Notes under the pieces: generated by a model
Database searches by the model: none
What the model was told of the DNA's origin: nothing
The model's input: the letters and a program-made list of their open reading frames with translations, nothing else
Made by a program: the position numbers and the translations under genes
In this document: in pieces, positions 1 to 12,900 of the stretch
Position numbering within the stretch: position 1 is the stretch's first letter
Layout of the letters: each line of letters begins with the position of its first letter
Source: Tubiluchus corallicola
Lineage: Eukaryota > Animalia > Priapulida
Reading direction: 5' to 3'
NCBI GenBank assembly: GCA_030141605.1
Contig: JAQGDQ010000034.1
Coordinates: forward strand, 744,001 to 808,000
DNA length: 64,000 nucleotides

Positions 1-2862
1 AGTATCCACTCTGAGTTGTCGTAAAAATTGAAACAATTCCAAAGAAATCCTTATAAATTACAAACTTTTTTCGTTTCGTTTTTAATTTGGCATTATGTTT
101 TTGTATTCGTGTAAATGTCTTATTATAAATAAATATTTTCTTGGAATTCTATCTTTGTAATTTTATCTTCAAGTTGTCGTCTCCAATTGTTGAGCAGAAA
201 CATCGAAATTTTAACTCTGTGATTTTATTTTCAAGCTGTCGTCTCAAATAAGACTTCATAGTTTCGTTGTACATGCAGTTGCTGTAGGTCAAAGGTTAAG
301 TGAACCACAGCAACGCGTCTTTACTACAACCGTCAATGTGTAGAGCACGTATGTGATGTGTGTAAAGCAAAGCGTCTGCCGCATCAGTTCAACAACTTCA
401 GTTGTTTTACGTGGACTTTTCTTAATTACGCATTAGTCTGCGTATAGTCATATACTAGCAAGATCTTGCTTGGGAACAAGAAAAAATGGACTACGTAAGA
501 TTCTAGCTAGCTGTTAAAACTGTTTCCATTATAATAGCAAGAGCTGCTCCTGTAATGTGTTGTCTGGTACACTTAACCTTTCACCTTTTCACGCTCATCA
601 TCAAACACTGGAACTGTGAAAAGGGTTATTGTTGAGCAGACAACACGCCCTTGACATTATTATAAGCTTCATGGTCAGACATAACAGTCAAGGAATTTCA
701 CCAGGATAAAGCAAGCACAACATATTTTGTTCATCAAAACTGGGCATTTATTATGTGCAAGCCATCATATGGCAAAACAATTTTCATTTAATATCTTCAT
801 ATTCATACTGTGATGAAAGATGGAACTACAAATACGTTGCGCATATGGTGAAATACTTATCGGTATATCTTCGGTATACAAAGAAAAACATGAAATACGT
901 TCTAGTAATTAATAGTAACAGTAGATTATGAAAAATGCCCTTGATCAATGACACATACACTGAGTAAACAGAAAGGTTCAGGAGTTTACTTAAACCTGTT
1001 TTGTATCAACAAATAAATCATTTTAACGTCTCTTCAAATTTATGTAAATGAGTCACATGCAGTTCCAACGATAAACAAAACATTGTATGTAAGAATGAAT
1101 CATGTTGGCATACATAAAAACTGGGCACATTCATTTTGTATTAAATACACAGTACTTTACTAACTATAACAATAAGTTAGTTTACACACACTTACTATAC
1201 TTCATAAGCCGATATATCGTCCGGCTATTGGACTAAAGAGTAACTAACCAAGTTTTGGGCATTTTTTTAACATGGATGAGAACATTGGGTCAAAATGTGT
1301 GATACTATAATTTTAACTACAGATAAAAGAATATTTCACAACAGGGGTTTCACATGACTGACACGACATAAAATAGTACAATACCAATATTTAAATATAT
1401 ATGAAGTTATGTACAACTATAGCACAGTTTCAACCAAAGCAGAAGCATTGCTTTTAAATCTCACAGAGTTGTGATTCAATTAGGCTACTGATGCAAATGT
1501 TTCTGGTAAAATATTCAAAACTAGATCAACAAACCAAATGATTAAGATGGATTATGCCAACCATTAGCCTTCATCATCTTCATTAAGTGACTGCTGCGAC
1601 TGTTATAGACTGGGCAGACGTAATTCTAACATAAAATGAAAGATCTTCGTCGTTATTCTAACAAGTATTTTGAATAATAATGAAGGGTATAGCTTCATTG
1701 GTGAATCTAAACATAGGTTAACCTTCTGATAGTATCCCATCACAACTTTGCAATCACTTTGACTACACACCTGCAAATGCAACAAGAATTAGTATCGTGA
1801 TGCAATAAATAGGTTGTTAAAAAAACAAAAAATGTTCAGGCAACCTTGCTTAGGACGGTTCAGTTCAATTGCGATTTCTTATTAACACAAATCAAGGCTT
1901 ATAAACATGATACATGGTCATGTAACTCGGTTTTTGTAGCGATAGTTCAATGCTAAAAGTATTACACAGATACGTCTTAAACAGAAAGATAATGTATCAA
2001 TAGTTGTCAACATAATGTTGATAACACCGCAGAACAAACAAAGAAGGCTAAAAAAGTACTGGCAGATTGCCAAGTTAATACTGTAATAAAAAAAAGCTAA
2101 AACTTTTTTATACATCATCTGCCATGTAGGTCTTACTACCAATAAATCAATTTGAATGGAGAATTTTAGTTTAGTTTAAACATGGTTTATTTAAATTAGG
2201 CAGTTTTTAGAACTGTTACATGAATCCTCACTGTGCAATTGTACATACAGACATACATGCATACACAAATACATGCATACGTACATATATAGAGAAGTGC
2301 ACATAAAATAAAGTATCATTAATATAAACAGATACAAATAGATACACATACATACATACAAATGATGAAATTTACATACAAAGTTAGCAGATGTGATACA
2401 ATGAATAATATAACAATAAAATAATAGCAAAAACTGTGTTAAAATTTACCCTAAATACATAAGAGGGATCCTAAGGTCTGATCACACTAAAATATTTAGT
2501 TGTTAAATGAGAACTTTCAATCCTGTTTTTGATAACAATAATTTAAGCAATCAGAAAACCCGGTGATATCAAGTGGAACATGGCTATTTAATCCCATTCA
2601 TTCAGTTCATTTATTTACTAATTACGATAGGCATCAACGGGCCTGCGGGAGCCAATATAAGCAAATGGCAATGTGGGCCAGGTTGTTTTCTGGATGAGAA
2701 ATCAAATTTTTGTTTGTGAAAAATGGAACGCACTGACAGCAAAAAACAGACCGCAAGATCAGCAAACCAACAAAGACTGTAAGAGTTCGTTCATCCGAAA
2801 CCACCGAATTATTGCTAGTGTTTTGTATGTACAGAAAACTTCCTCTTTACCAAACTGACATT

Positions 2863-3506
2863 TGTGTGCTTGCAAACCAAAACCATCCATAAGTCCGCAT
2901 AGTTAAAACTACATTATGATGCACCAAAAATTTAGTCAAATGCTATTTTTCAATTCTTATGAAACTAAATCCTAAATATATTTGGCTTTTACTTTCTAGC
3001 ATCAAATTATCAGGAAAATATTCAAAAAATACCAGATATGTAATTTTTTTCATCCTTAGCACTTTTCTGTCTTGAGACTAGTACTGCAATTGTAAAAAAA
3101 AACTTGTATTTTCTAACTCCGATTGTACCTTGTGGAAGCAGCCATTTTGCTTCAGGTTTTTTTTCTGTTGACAAGACCACATTTTCGGCAGGAAAAGCCA
3201 TCTACTAGATTTAAACATAACTTTAATTTGCTCTTGTAAAATCCACTTTCGTACGGTTGCTAAGTGTTTTGTGGAGACTCGATAAAAAACAATGGCAGAC
3301 TTTAATCGTGTTTTTTCTTCAAGATTACGTTTTTGAGTGCGTAGCCTGCACCTCAACTTCAATGTGGATTACCTCAGCTTAGAAATAACATAGATTGATG
3401 AGATTGATATCAAAACGATCTTCAAGAAATGGAGATTCAGGATGCGTGAATAACTAGAAAAGCTTAATTGCCGACTTCTGGACGATTTTGCTATGCAAGA
3501 ACACAT
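2863..3506. mobile_element. MITE family A copy 1 (~640 bp, ~38-bp TIRs)
   Basis: TGTGTGCTTGCAAACCAAAACCATCCATAAGTC ... GACTTCTGGACGATTTTGCTATGCAAGAACACA; colinear with the copy at 38477-39121. Confidence 0.85.
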
Positions 3507-3969
3507 TTATTTATAAAGTAACCGACAAAGCTTTACTATATGACACAGACAACTGCTTCTGTCAACAGCAGTTCTCTGCCAAACTACTGGCAAATGTGTT
3601 ATATGTTCAGGGCTGGATTAAATTAGTCTGGGGTCCATAACATACATTATCTAGGGGCACATAACAAAGTAAATTATTTCTTTTCGTCGTTTCCTCCATG
3701 CCCATTCTCAAAGCCGATAGCTAATGAAAGAGAAATGATACAAAAAGTACGGATGCCACAAATGTAAACTGATAAGATTGGCCAAGAACTAAAGCCATCA
3801 GTACTAATTGCAAGATGACTGAATTGAACCCGAAGATAATTTTTGAATCAAATTCCAGACTTGCAAAACTAAGTCACAGATATCATTTGGTGAAATTCCA
3901 AACAATGAAAAATCCAACTTATGGATCAGTAAAACATTGTAATAATTTAACTCTATTACATACCAACTA

Positions 3970-6900
3970 TTACTGTGGTGGCGCTGGATGCGCAGATGGC
4001 GCTGCTGGCATTCCAGTGTCCGACTCCATCTTTGATGCCATGGAATCGCTAGAGGGCGTTTCAGTCATGTCATCTAAAATCAACAGAAGTCACACAAGTG
4101 AAAGACAGAAACAGGAAACTAATAATGCCAAGTTTTGAAAATATTATTGGTGTTGTTAAGCACGCCTGACATCAGATGTTTGGTCATATGCGGCAAGCAT
4201 ACAATTCTAAACACCAAGCTAGTGGTTCATCATGCACCAATGTAGCAGGACCATATTTCTCATTGTTCAGGATCAAAAGATACAACAAACAATTTTCGTC
4301 GACAATTTTCAAACGCTTTGTCGAAAACAAAATGATCAAATAAAACTTAGTTAAGACTAGCATTTCCCCAGCCATGCACCCATATGTCTGTGCACCGGAA
4401 CATTCTGCAGTTAAATGAGCTTACCCTGTTGCCGTCCACTGGGCGACGTCGTCCGACCCGTAGACATGTTCGCTTGTTGAGACATGGAAGCGTCCGGAGA
4501 GGCTTTTTCATCATGCGAGGTTGGAGGTTGGGAAACACTTTGAGGAGGCATGTTAGCGAATCTGTTCATGTCGGATGGATGTCGGTATGGCGGTTGATAT
4601 GGGCCGGGACCTTGCTGGCCCTGAAATGGCATGGGCTGTTGATACGGTGGTAACCGCTGCTGATGCGGGGGCAATGCTTGTTGATAAGGTGCATTTGGCA
4701 AAGGTGGACCACCCTGTTGTTGAGGATTAGCATACTGTGGTGGCATATGTTGTGGTTGTTGCTGTTGCTGATAATGAGAATCTTGCGGAAGAGACGTTTG
4801 AGGGGGGAATGGTGCGCCCTGATGCCCAGGTGTTATGCTTTGCTGAAATGGGGTACCTTGTGGAGGATAACTTGATTGGTGGAAAGGTGGCATCGGTTGT
4901 CTTGGTGGAAGGCCCTGCTGGGGTTGATAAGGACCTGTCCCAGGCTGCTGTGCCATACCTTGTTGCTGACCTGTTGCTGTAATTGGTTGTCCAGAAGGTC
5001 CAAGTAACTGTGAAGACTGTCCGAATGGTTGACCTCCAAGGATTGGTGCTTGGCTTGACAACCCCGCAGGCCCTGACGGCAAAGGTTGACCAGCGGAACC
5101 CAAGGGTGGTTGATTTGCAGAAGCAAGTGGCTGCTCAGACTTTGGAATATGTGTCTGAACAGAAGGAGCAAGTTTCTGACTTGCAGTTCCAGTCGGACGT
5201 CCGCTAATTGGTTGTTGACCCTGTGGGAAAGGCACATTAGTCTGAGGTGGCGGTTCAACTGGTTTGACCAGAGCAGATTGGTCCGCTGGCTCCACCTGCT
5301 TTGGAGTCTCTTGCTTAACTTGTTGTTCAGATGTAGGAGGCTCGGGTGGAGTTTCGGAATCTGGTTTGGTTTGAGGTGCCGGAGATGGAGAGGATCTAGG
5401 ACTGGATTCACCTCTCATAACTGCAACTAGAGTTGGGTTCTGAGCAGCAACAGACGGAGAAGCTACACAAGCAATGTAAAGCTTTTTTAATAACGAGGCA
5501 ACATAATAAAAAATCATACCATAAACTCAAACGCTAGAAAAAGTTTGGCATTTAAATCACTTCCGCCATGACAGCCAAATCAATTGCAACTTTCTAGCAT
5601 TTGGGCTTCAAAATAATAACTGCACAGCAGGCCATGCGTTTCTAATGCGCGTCATGCAGTACATTTCATAACCATCAGCTATGTTTTTTATGTTATAATC
5701 ATCGTTTATTTTTAGCAGTAAAAGGAGATGGAACACAGCATATCGGGAGAAAAATACCGGAACGGTCACAGCAGAGTATGAAGGAATAATAAGTCACAAA
5801 TGACGAAAATGGAAGCAGTTATACTGTCCACATTGCTAACATGGCAAACGTACTAAAGCACGCTAATACTTTACAGAAGAATACATAAGTAAAAAAGCTC
5901 TGCTGACGTCTCGCAAATGAGCAAACTGTCTCCACATAAAGCTCCTAATGTAGCCAATTTACAAATTGCGATACTAAACAATTGACATTAAAATTCGTGC
6001 AGCCACCGGTAAAGTCTAGATAACTTAGGCCTCCGTATCCCGATATTTTGTTCTTCAGATTCATACACTTGTAGATTTATAAGCAAAATTACAATTTGAT
6101 GTCAAACTTGCAATAAAAAGCAATTTTTTGAGCTTGCCATCTAACGTTCCTTTGAACTTAAAGCAAAACCGGACCCAATCTTAAACTGTATGTCAAAACA
6201 ATCTGCTCTTTAAAATAATGAAAGAGAAAATACTATTTTTTCAAAAAGAACAAGTTTCGTTGTTAGTTCAGGCGGCTTCATTATTTCCATCTTTTGTTCT
6301 TCAGATTCATAAACTTCTCAATTTATAAGCAAAATTACAATTTGATGTCAAACTTGCATTAAAAAGCAATTTTTTGAGCTTACTGCCCTTTTACTCACAA
6401 CTGTGCAATACTTTCCACACAGGAGTAATGGCTGGGGCACTTTAGTCAGCAACGACGCATTTGCGACACGTCAACTGAACGAAATTAAGTGCTGCTTAGC
6501 GAAATAAGTATAATTAAGAATTTTAATAACATATCATCTAAAGTTAGCTAAGCTACGTATTTAAACGTAACCAGGTGAATGTCTAACCTAAACTGAGACA
6601 TTAAACAGCATTAATGAAATAGAGAAAGAGAACGGAAAATAACTTATAGGCTAATGCTACAGAGAGAACATCTAAAACCCTACTATACTACAAAAAACAG
6701 TGTGATTTGATAACTCCACATAGTACAATTTTTAACCAGCCATAACATCAGATACCCAAGTAAATTACTAGTTACAAACACATAAATAATACAAAAGACG
6801 GTGCTAGAAGAATTACAGTACAGAACAGTCAGCACTTTCAATGTTTTTGTCAAGAGAATAGACACAGTTAGCATTCATATACTACAAGCTGCTACACGAC

Positions 6901-9900
6901 TTGGTAAGAAACTTTGCTTTCTATAAAAAAATGCATAAATAAACACTAACTTAAACAAAACTAACTTAGAATTTATTAATCTTGTTAAATCATGTACTTT
7001 ATTTGCATTGCAAAGGCCCAGCATGTAAAGAAGTTGATATTAGCCAACTGAACCTTACTTTTACTGACATCTATCCTAGGGTTACCATATTGTCTGAGTG
7101 GAAAAAAAGGACACGGGTACTTGGCATTGCTACTTTCTAATTAACTTTTACCAGTTGCTCAAAACTGCAAAACAGCAAAACTATACAACTTTAAAGAAAT
7201 TCACATAAAAACAAACAAAATGGCTCCTGGAAGCTGACGTCATTTTAAGTCGTTAGCGAATATGCCGAGTATCGACAGCGGAATGTGTCGCGTGACCCAT
7301 AGTGATGTGCGCATCACTTCATTTTGTTCAGTAAATATGTACACAAAGCTTTTACAAGGGTTGCATTTTGAGATGTTAGCAACATCTTGTATTGAAAATT
7401 AACGAGCTTTTCTTTGTCTCGTACTGTCGTACGCCTCTGCAGTTGGCAACGTCCGTACATACTCACGGATTGAGGCAAAACCCGGGCAAACTGCCGATTT
7501 TTTGAAAACCCGCCCGGACAGAGGCCCAAAAAGAGGACGTGTCCGGGGAAACCCGGACGTATGGTAACCCTAATCTAACCATGTCCCTCAACGCCCTGCC
7601 AGCGACTCCACCTATAAGGTGACCGGACAACTATCTACTTTCAAAATCTATCACACATTCACGATATTTTTGGTAACTATCTATCAGAATAGATGTACTG
7701 CATGTTGATTTAATTAAGACGATATCTCTCGACATACTGAAAAGCAATGCTAATACACTGAGCACAACCACGTGGGATATTGCTGGACGTAAGTGTTATA
7801 ACATAATGCAAAAAAAGGGCAAACAATAGCCGAAAGAGCAGTAAAAACGTAGCACAGTGAAGATTTCACTTATTCAATTGTACAAACTACGATACGATAA
7901 GTTCGTGTAATTTGTTTCTATCTCTTTTATTTGAATGCAACAAAGGAAAAAATAACTGGACGACAAAAAATTTTCACCTCGATAAAGCCTATCGTTTTAA
8001 TGTACAGCAATTTCTTCATTAAAAGAAAACCGGATGATTGTGTACACATTAGTTCAGAATAAAGAATGCTCTAAAATATTGAAAACTACAATAGCTTATT
8101 TTAAATCAAAGCTTAGATTAAATAATAATAATCTCAGATACTCAAATTTCGTTAAACAGTCAAAGCTACGTGTGCCTCAGTTAATCTACTAAGATTGGCA
8201 GCAGCGCCTTGTTGTTGCATTCGCGTGGCCGACAAAATAGAAGGCAGTACCGTGATAAGCATGATCATGAACTGCTGTGTTAGTTTCTGACGTCATGTGA
8301 TGTAAAGTCCATTTTTCGTGACATCATGCATTTAAGCAGTACTGTAACACTTATGCAAATGTGCTTTTTGCGCAAGGGAAGATGCCTGCCATTGCACACA
8401 AACTGTGGTTAATTTCTGATGTCATATGACGTACACCCCATTTTCATGACATCATGCATTTCAGCAGTAACACTTACGCAAAGGAGATGCCTGCTATTGC
8501 ACAAACTGTGGTTAGTTTCTGACGTAAGCAATAGCTGTGTTCGGTTGCCATTAATCAACTTTCTAAGTTAGTTATTCAAATATACGAAACAATTGCTAAC
8601 TTTTATAGGCAAGAAAACGTATATTTTGGACAGTAAATTAAAATGAGATTTTGTCTAAACAATCATCCGGTTTTCCTTTAATATAATAGATCAACAAAAG
8701 TGTGGTGTATGAACAATATAAACAAGATTAACAGGGCAAGGTAGTCAATTTAGAAAAAAAACACAAACAATTCTATCAACTAAACAGGAGGAGGTACAAC
8801 GAAGGTGTTATCTAAAACAGTCGACGCTATGATGTTTACAAGGCAGGCTGGGACGGTGGTATCCGTAAGGCGGGATGCCGAGTGCTCTGCACACGTCGTG
8901 CACACACGGAGGTCGATGGTGACGCAGGTAAACGGAGAACGGGTGACACTGATACAACATGCTACCTGACGTTGGCGGAGGTGGCGGAGTCGGCTGCTGC
9001 GGTGGCTGTGCGACCAAAGTGGCAGACGGCTGTGATGGCGCTATAAGCTGTGAAGACTGTGGCAAAGGAGAGCCAGTCGCTGCACCTTGGGGTGGCTGTG
9101 CGTCCGATTGCACTCGCACCTAGAAACACAAACATTACACAGCTGTACATCACTGTCTCCAACAGTATACCTAAACAATTTTGTTATTGAAAATGCAAGC
9201 TTTCAAAATATCAAAATTCACAATAACTGCTGAGTTAGTTTGTAAGCATAATTTTTTTTACTACAGGACATATTACGTAAATTTCAGTTTCAATTTCAGT
9301 TTATTTGCATTAACATAACAACAGTTTTTACAATAGATTTCAGATGATGGTACATAAAATAGATATTACCAATGTGTATGTTTAACAACTCATTAACATA
9401 AACAACATTAGATTATGTATGTTTTAGGGAGAACAAGGAAGCCGTAGCTTATAGAGGCCACCCAGAGGGCAATATAGGGATGTTTAACAAGATAATTGTG
9501 ACAGTTACGACCAAAATGTTGCAAATATTTAAAACTTATGGTTAGTATGTTTGTAAAATAAATGGAGAGTTTATTGTAATGGTTATTTTTCCTGCTCCAA
9601 GAAGTATAACACACTTATTAAAATTTCTAACTACAATAGTACTTATTATGCTAACAACAGTTGCTGATAACTTACAATAAGCATTCTGAAATAAGCCTAT
9701 GCTGAGTAATAAATCAACCGACTTCGATCCCATACAAACTTTGTCATGGATAAAATTGCCAAGTGGTATCGGAGGCACATCTTTGACTTCGAAATTCAAT
9801 TTAAAGCTTAGACTGCTACGTGTTTCAAAGTTTCAATTACGTATATGTTTCAAAAATGTACTTTTTAAATGTAGACTTAAAACATATATAATTTTGGTGC

Positions 9901-12900
9901 ATTATCTATTATTTTTATTTATTATTTCAGCATAAATCATAAAGGACAGGCATAAATCTTATGCAGTTTCACTTACAACCTTAAGTACCAAACTGAGAAG
10001 ATATCTGTTTGGCAGGATGGCTAACTGCACCACTTATAGGCATAAGTAATGTATTTCTAGGAAAATCATTATAATCAGCTAGAAGGTGAGAGAAACACTT
10101 TTGAAACAAAAATTGTGCTAAAATAACAGTTAAAATCAAAGTCATCCAAACAACAACCAAAAATTGAGTTAATGTTACAAATTCTATCCGTACCGGAGGA
10201 GAAACCATCTGCCCGCTTGCTATAGCCATGGCTTGTGCTTGTTGACGTGCCTTGAACTCTGCAGCGCGTATCTGTTCCAAATGAAACGTCTGTCTGTCCT
10301 GCAGAAGTTGTTGACGCTGATATTCAAGCTGGAAGTGCAAAAAATCAGTTTATTTACTTTAACTACATTTGTTTTGTACACCAACAGTTAGTTGAAATTA
10401 TTGTGTTTCAAAGATTTTAATATTTTTTCTCTTATACACGCGTTTATTTGGCAAATACATGATCAATGTGAGACAATGAACAAGCATGTGTATCATTTTC
10501 TCAAAAGGAGATAAGCATGTGTATCATTTCCTCAAAAGGAGATAAGCATGTGTATCATTTCCTCAGAAGAAGATAAGCATGTGTATCGTTTCCTCAGAAG
10601 AAGATAAGCATGTGTATCATTTCCTTAAAAGGAGATAAGAATGTGCATCATTTTCTCAGAAGAAGATAAGCATGTGTATCATTTCCTCAGAAGAAGATAA
10701 GCATGTGTATCGTTTCCTCAGAAGAAGATAAGCATGTGTATCATTTCCTTAAAAGGAGATAAGCATGTGCATCATTTTCTCAGAAGAAGATAAGCATGTG
10801 TATCATTTCCTCAGAAGAAGATAAGCATGTGTATCATTTCCTCAGAAGAAGATAAGCATGTGCATCATTTCTTCAGAAGCAGATAAGCAAGTGTATCATT
10901 TCCTCAGAAAGAGATAAGCATGTGTACCATTTCCACAGAAGAAGATAAGCATGTGTATCATTTCCTCAGAAGAAGATAAGCATGTGTATCATTTCCTCAG
11001 AAAGACATAAGCATGTGTATCATTTCCTCAGAAGAAGATAAGCATGTGTATCATTTCCTCAGAAGAAGATAAGCATGTGTATCATTTCCTCAGAAAGAGA
11101 TAAGCATGTGTATCATTTCCACAGAAGAAGATAAGCATGTGTATCATTTCCTCAGAAGAAGATAAGCATGTGTATCATTTCCTCAGAAAGAGATAAGCAT
11201 GTGCATCATTTTCTCCTCCTTCAAAAAGTTAAATACTTTAGCACAGCATGACTGAGAAAACCGGTCATAAAAAGTATTGAACGTGGTGGTTACCTATCCA
11301 TTTATTAACCTGACTCAGCACTGCTTAACTGCAATAACTAAGAATAATGACATAATGACTCGGGTATTCACCAACGATACACACTGAATTATCAAGCTGA
11401 ATATTTTTTTAGCTGAGTGTACAAAGTATAAGAAGACAGCAGACAACATATAAATAATTTACAGTTTACGAAAACTTCTCAGATTAGGTAGACATTACTA
11501 AAAAACCTACAGATTCTCTTTCCTGGTCCATGATTGATTCTAACTCTTCAAAATGATGCAGTTTTATTTCCAGCTTCTTCATCTGTGTCTCCACCAGTAA
11601 AGCTACAAGACTTTTGATCTTTCTTTCTTCAACTGCAGCTAAATGCTAGAATGTGAGAAAATGTTGTTTACAAATCTGAAAATTTTTCAACTTTTTTGCG
11701 ATAGTTTTTAATTAAGTAGCTAGGAATAAACAAAAATGTTGCATAACTTGAGTGGCAATAAAAGTTTGAACTTTCAAAGTACTGAAAAAACGTATAAACA
11801 ATGCCTTCCAGTTTACCAGTTCATAAAAGGTCCTTACACAAAGTATCCAAAGTGCTCAGAAATCAAAAAGCAAAAAATACAAACATGAAATGTCCATTAC
11901 GAGTGAGCATTCTCTATCACAAAACAAATTTCAATTGAATTTTTGACTTTCGAACTTGAATCAAGCCGAATTTCAAATTCAAATCAAATCAAACTCAGTT
12001 TTGAAGATTTTTGAATAAATTTTCTAATAATAAATAAAAAGTAGTCTCGCAAAGATCACGTGCATTGCTTGATTTTATTCCGCCGTAAAACCAATAATTT
12101 ATTTAGAAAGTGCACACAGAAATTACACTAAATTATCATGATTCTATGTTATTTCAAATAAATTAATAATAAAATTAATTATGTATAGGTGAATTACTCA
12201 AATCTATAATCTTTAGGTTTGAATCACATTCAAATTAAGAAAAAACCCCGATGTGAATGTTCGATACTCACCCATAACGTCCATACATTTTATTAAGTAC
12301 AACACAGCATATGTATATCCACCCATCATTGACTTTGGATAGAATTAAAATTAAAGACAAACTTTGTAACCTACAGTGTTCCCTCGCTACTTCGCAGTTC
12401 GTTTAACGCAGACTCGCTGTTTGGCAGGTTTTCAAAAATATTAATGTAAAATATTTATCGCGGTATTTTCACTGTTTCGGGGTTTTTTACGGTACTCTGT
12501 CTAAAGTATTTTTGCACGTGTGTAGTACGTATTGTACAGTAATGTATAGATTTGATGAATTTTGCATAAGGGAATGGGAAAGGGTTATGTATAAGATTGT
12601 GGGGAGGGTTTACAAAATACTAAAATAAGTATAGCGTCCCTACTTCGCGGAAATTCACTTATCGCGGGTGGGCCTGGACCAGAACACCTGCAATAAGTGA
12701 GGGAACACTGTATACGAAAGTTCAGCAATATTTCAACATATACTTTTACATTTCCACCTTTTGACAGAAGTTAATTTATTTCACATTTACCTTGGCTTTA
12801 ACAGCTGCCGATGCCAATGCTGCCGCCGCCGCTGACTGTAACTCCTTCTCATTAATCCCCAGCTCCTTCAGCCGTGCCTCTTGTTCTGCAGGATCCTCGA

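Noticed and set aside
486-500. ATGGACTAC|gtaag, a possible first exon of a plus-strand gene
   Set aside because: No downstream exons or recognisable protein were found.
1603-1785. Minus-strand ORF beginning at an acceptor-like tttgcag
   Set aside because: No recognisable homology and no way to link it to a gene.
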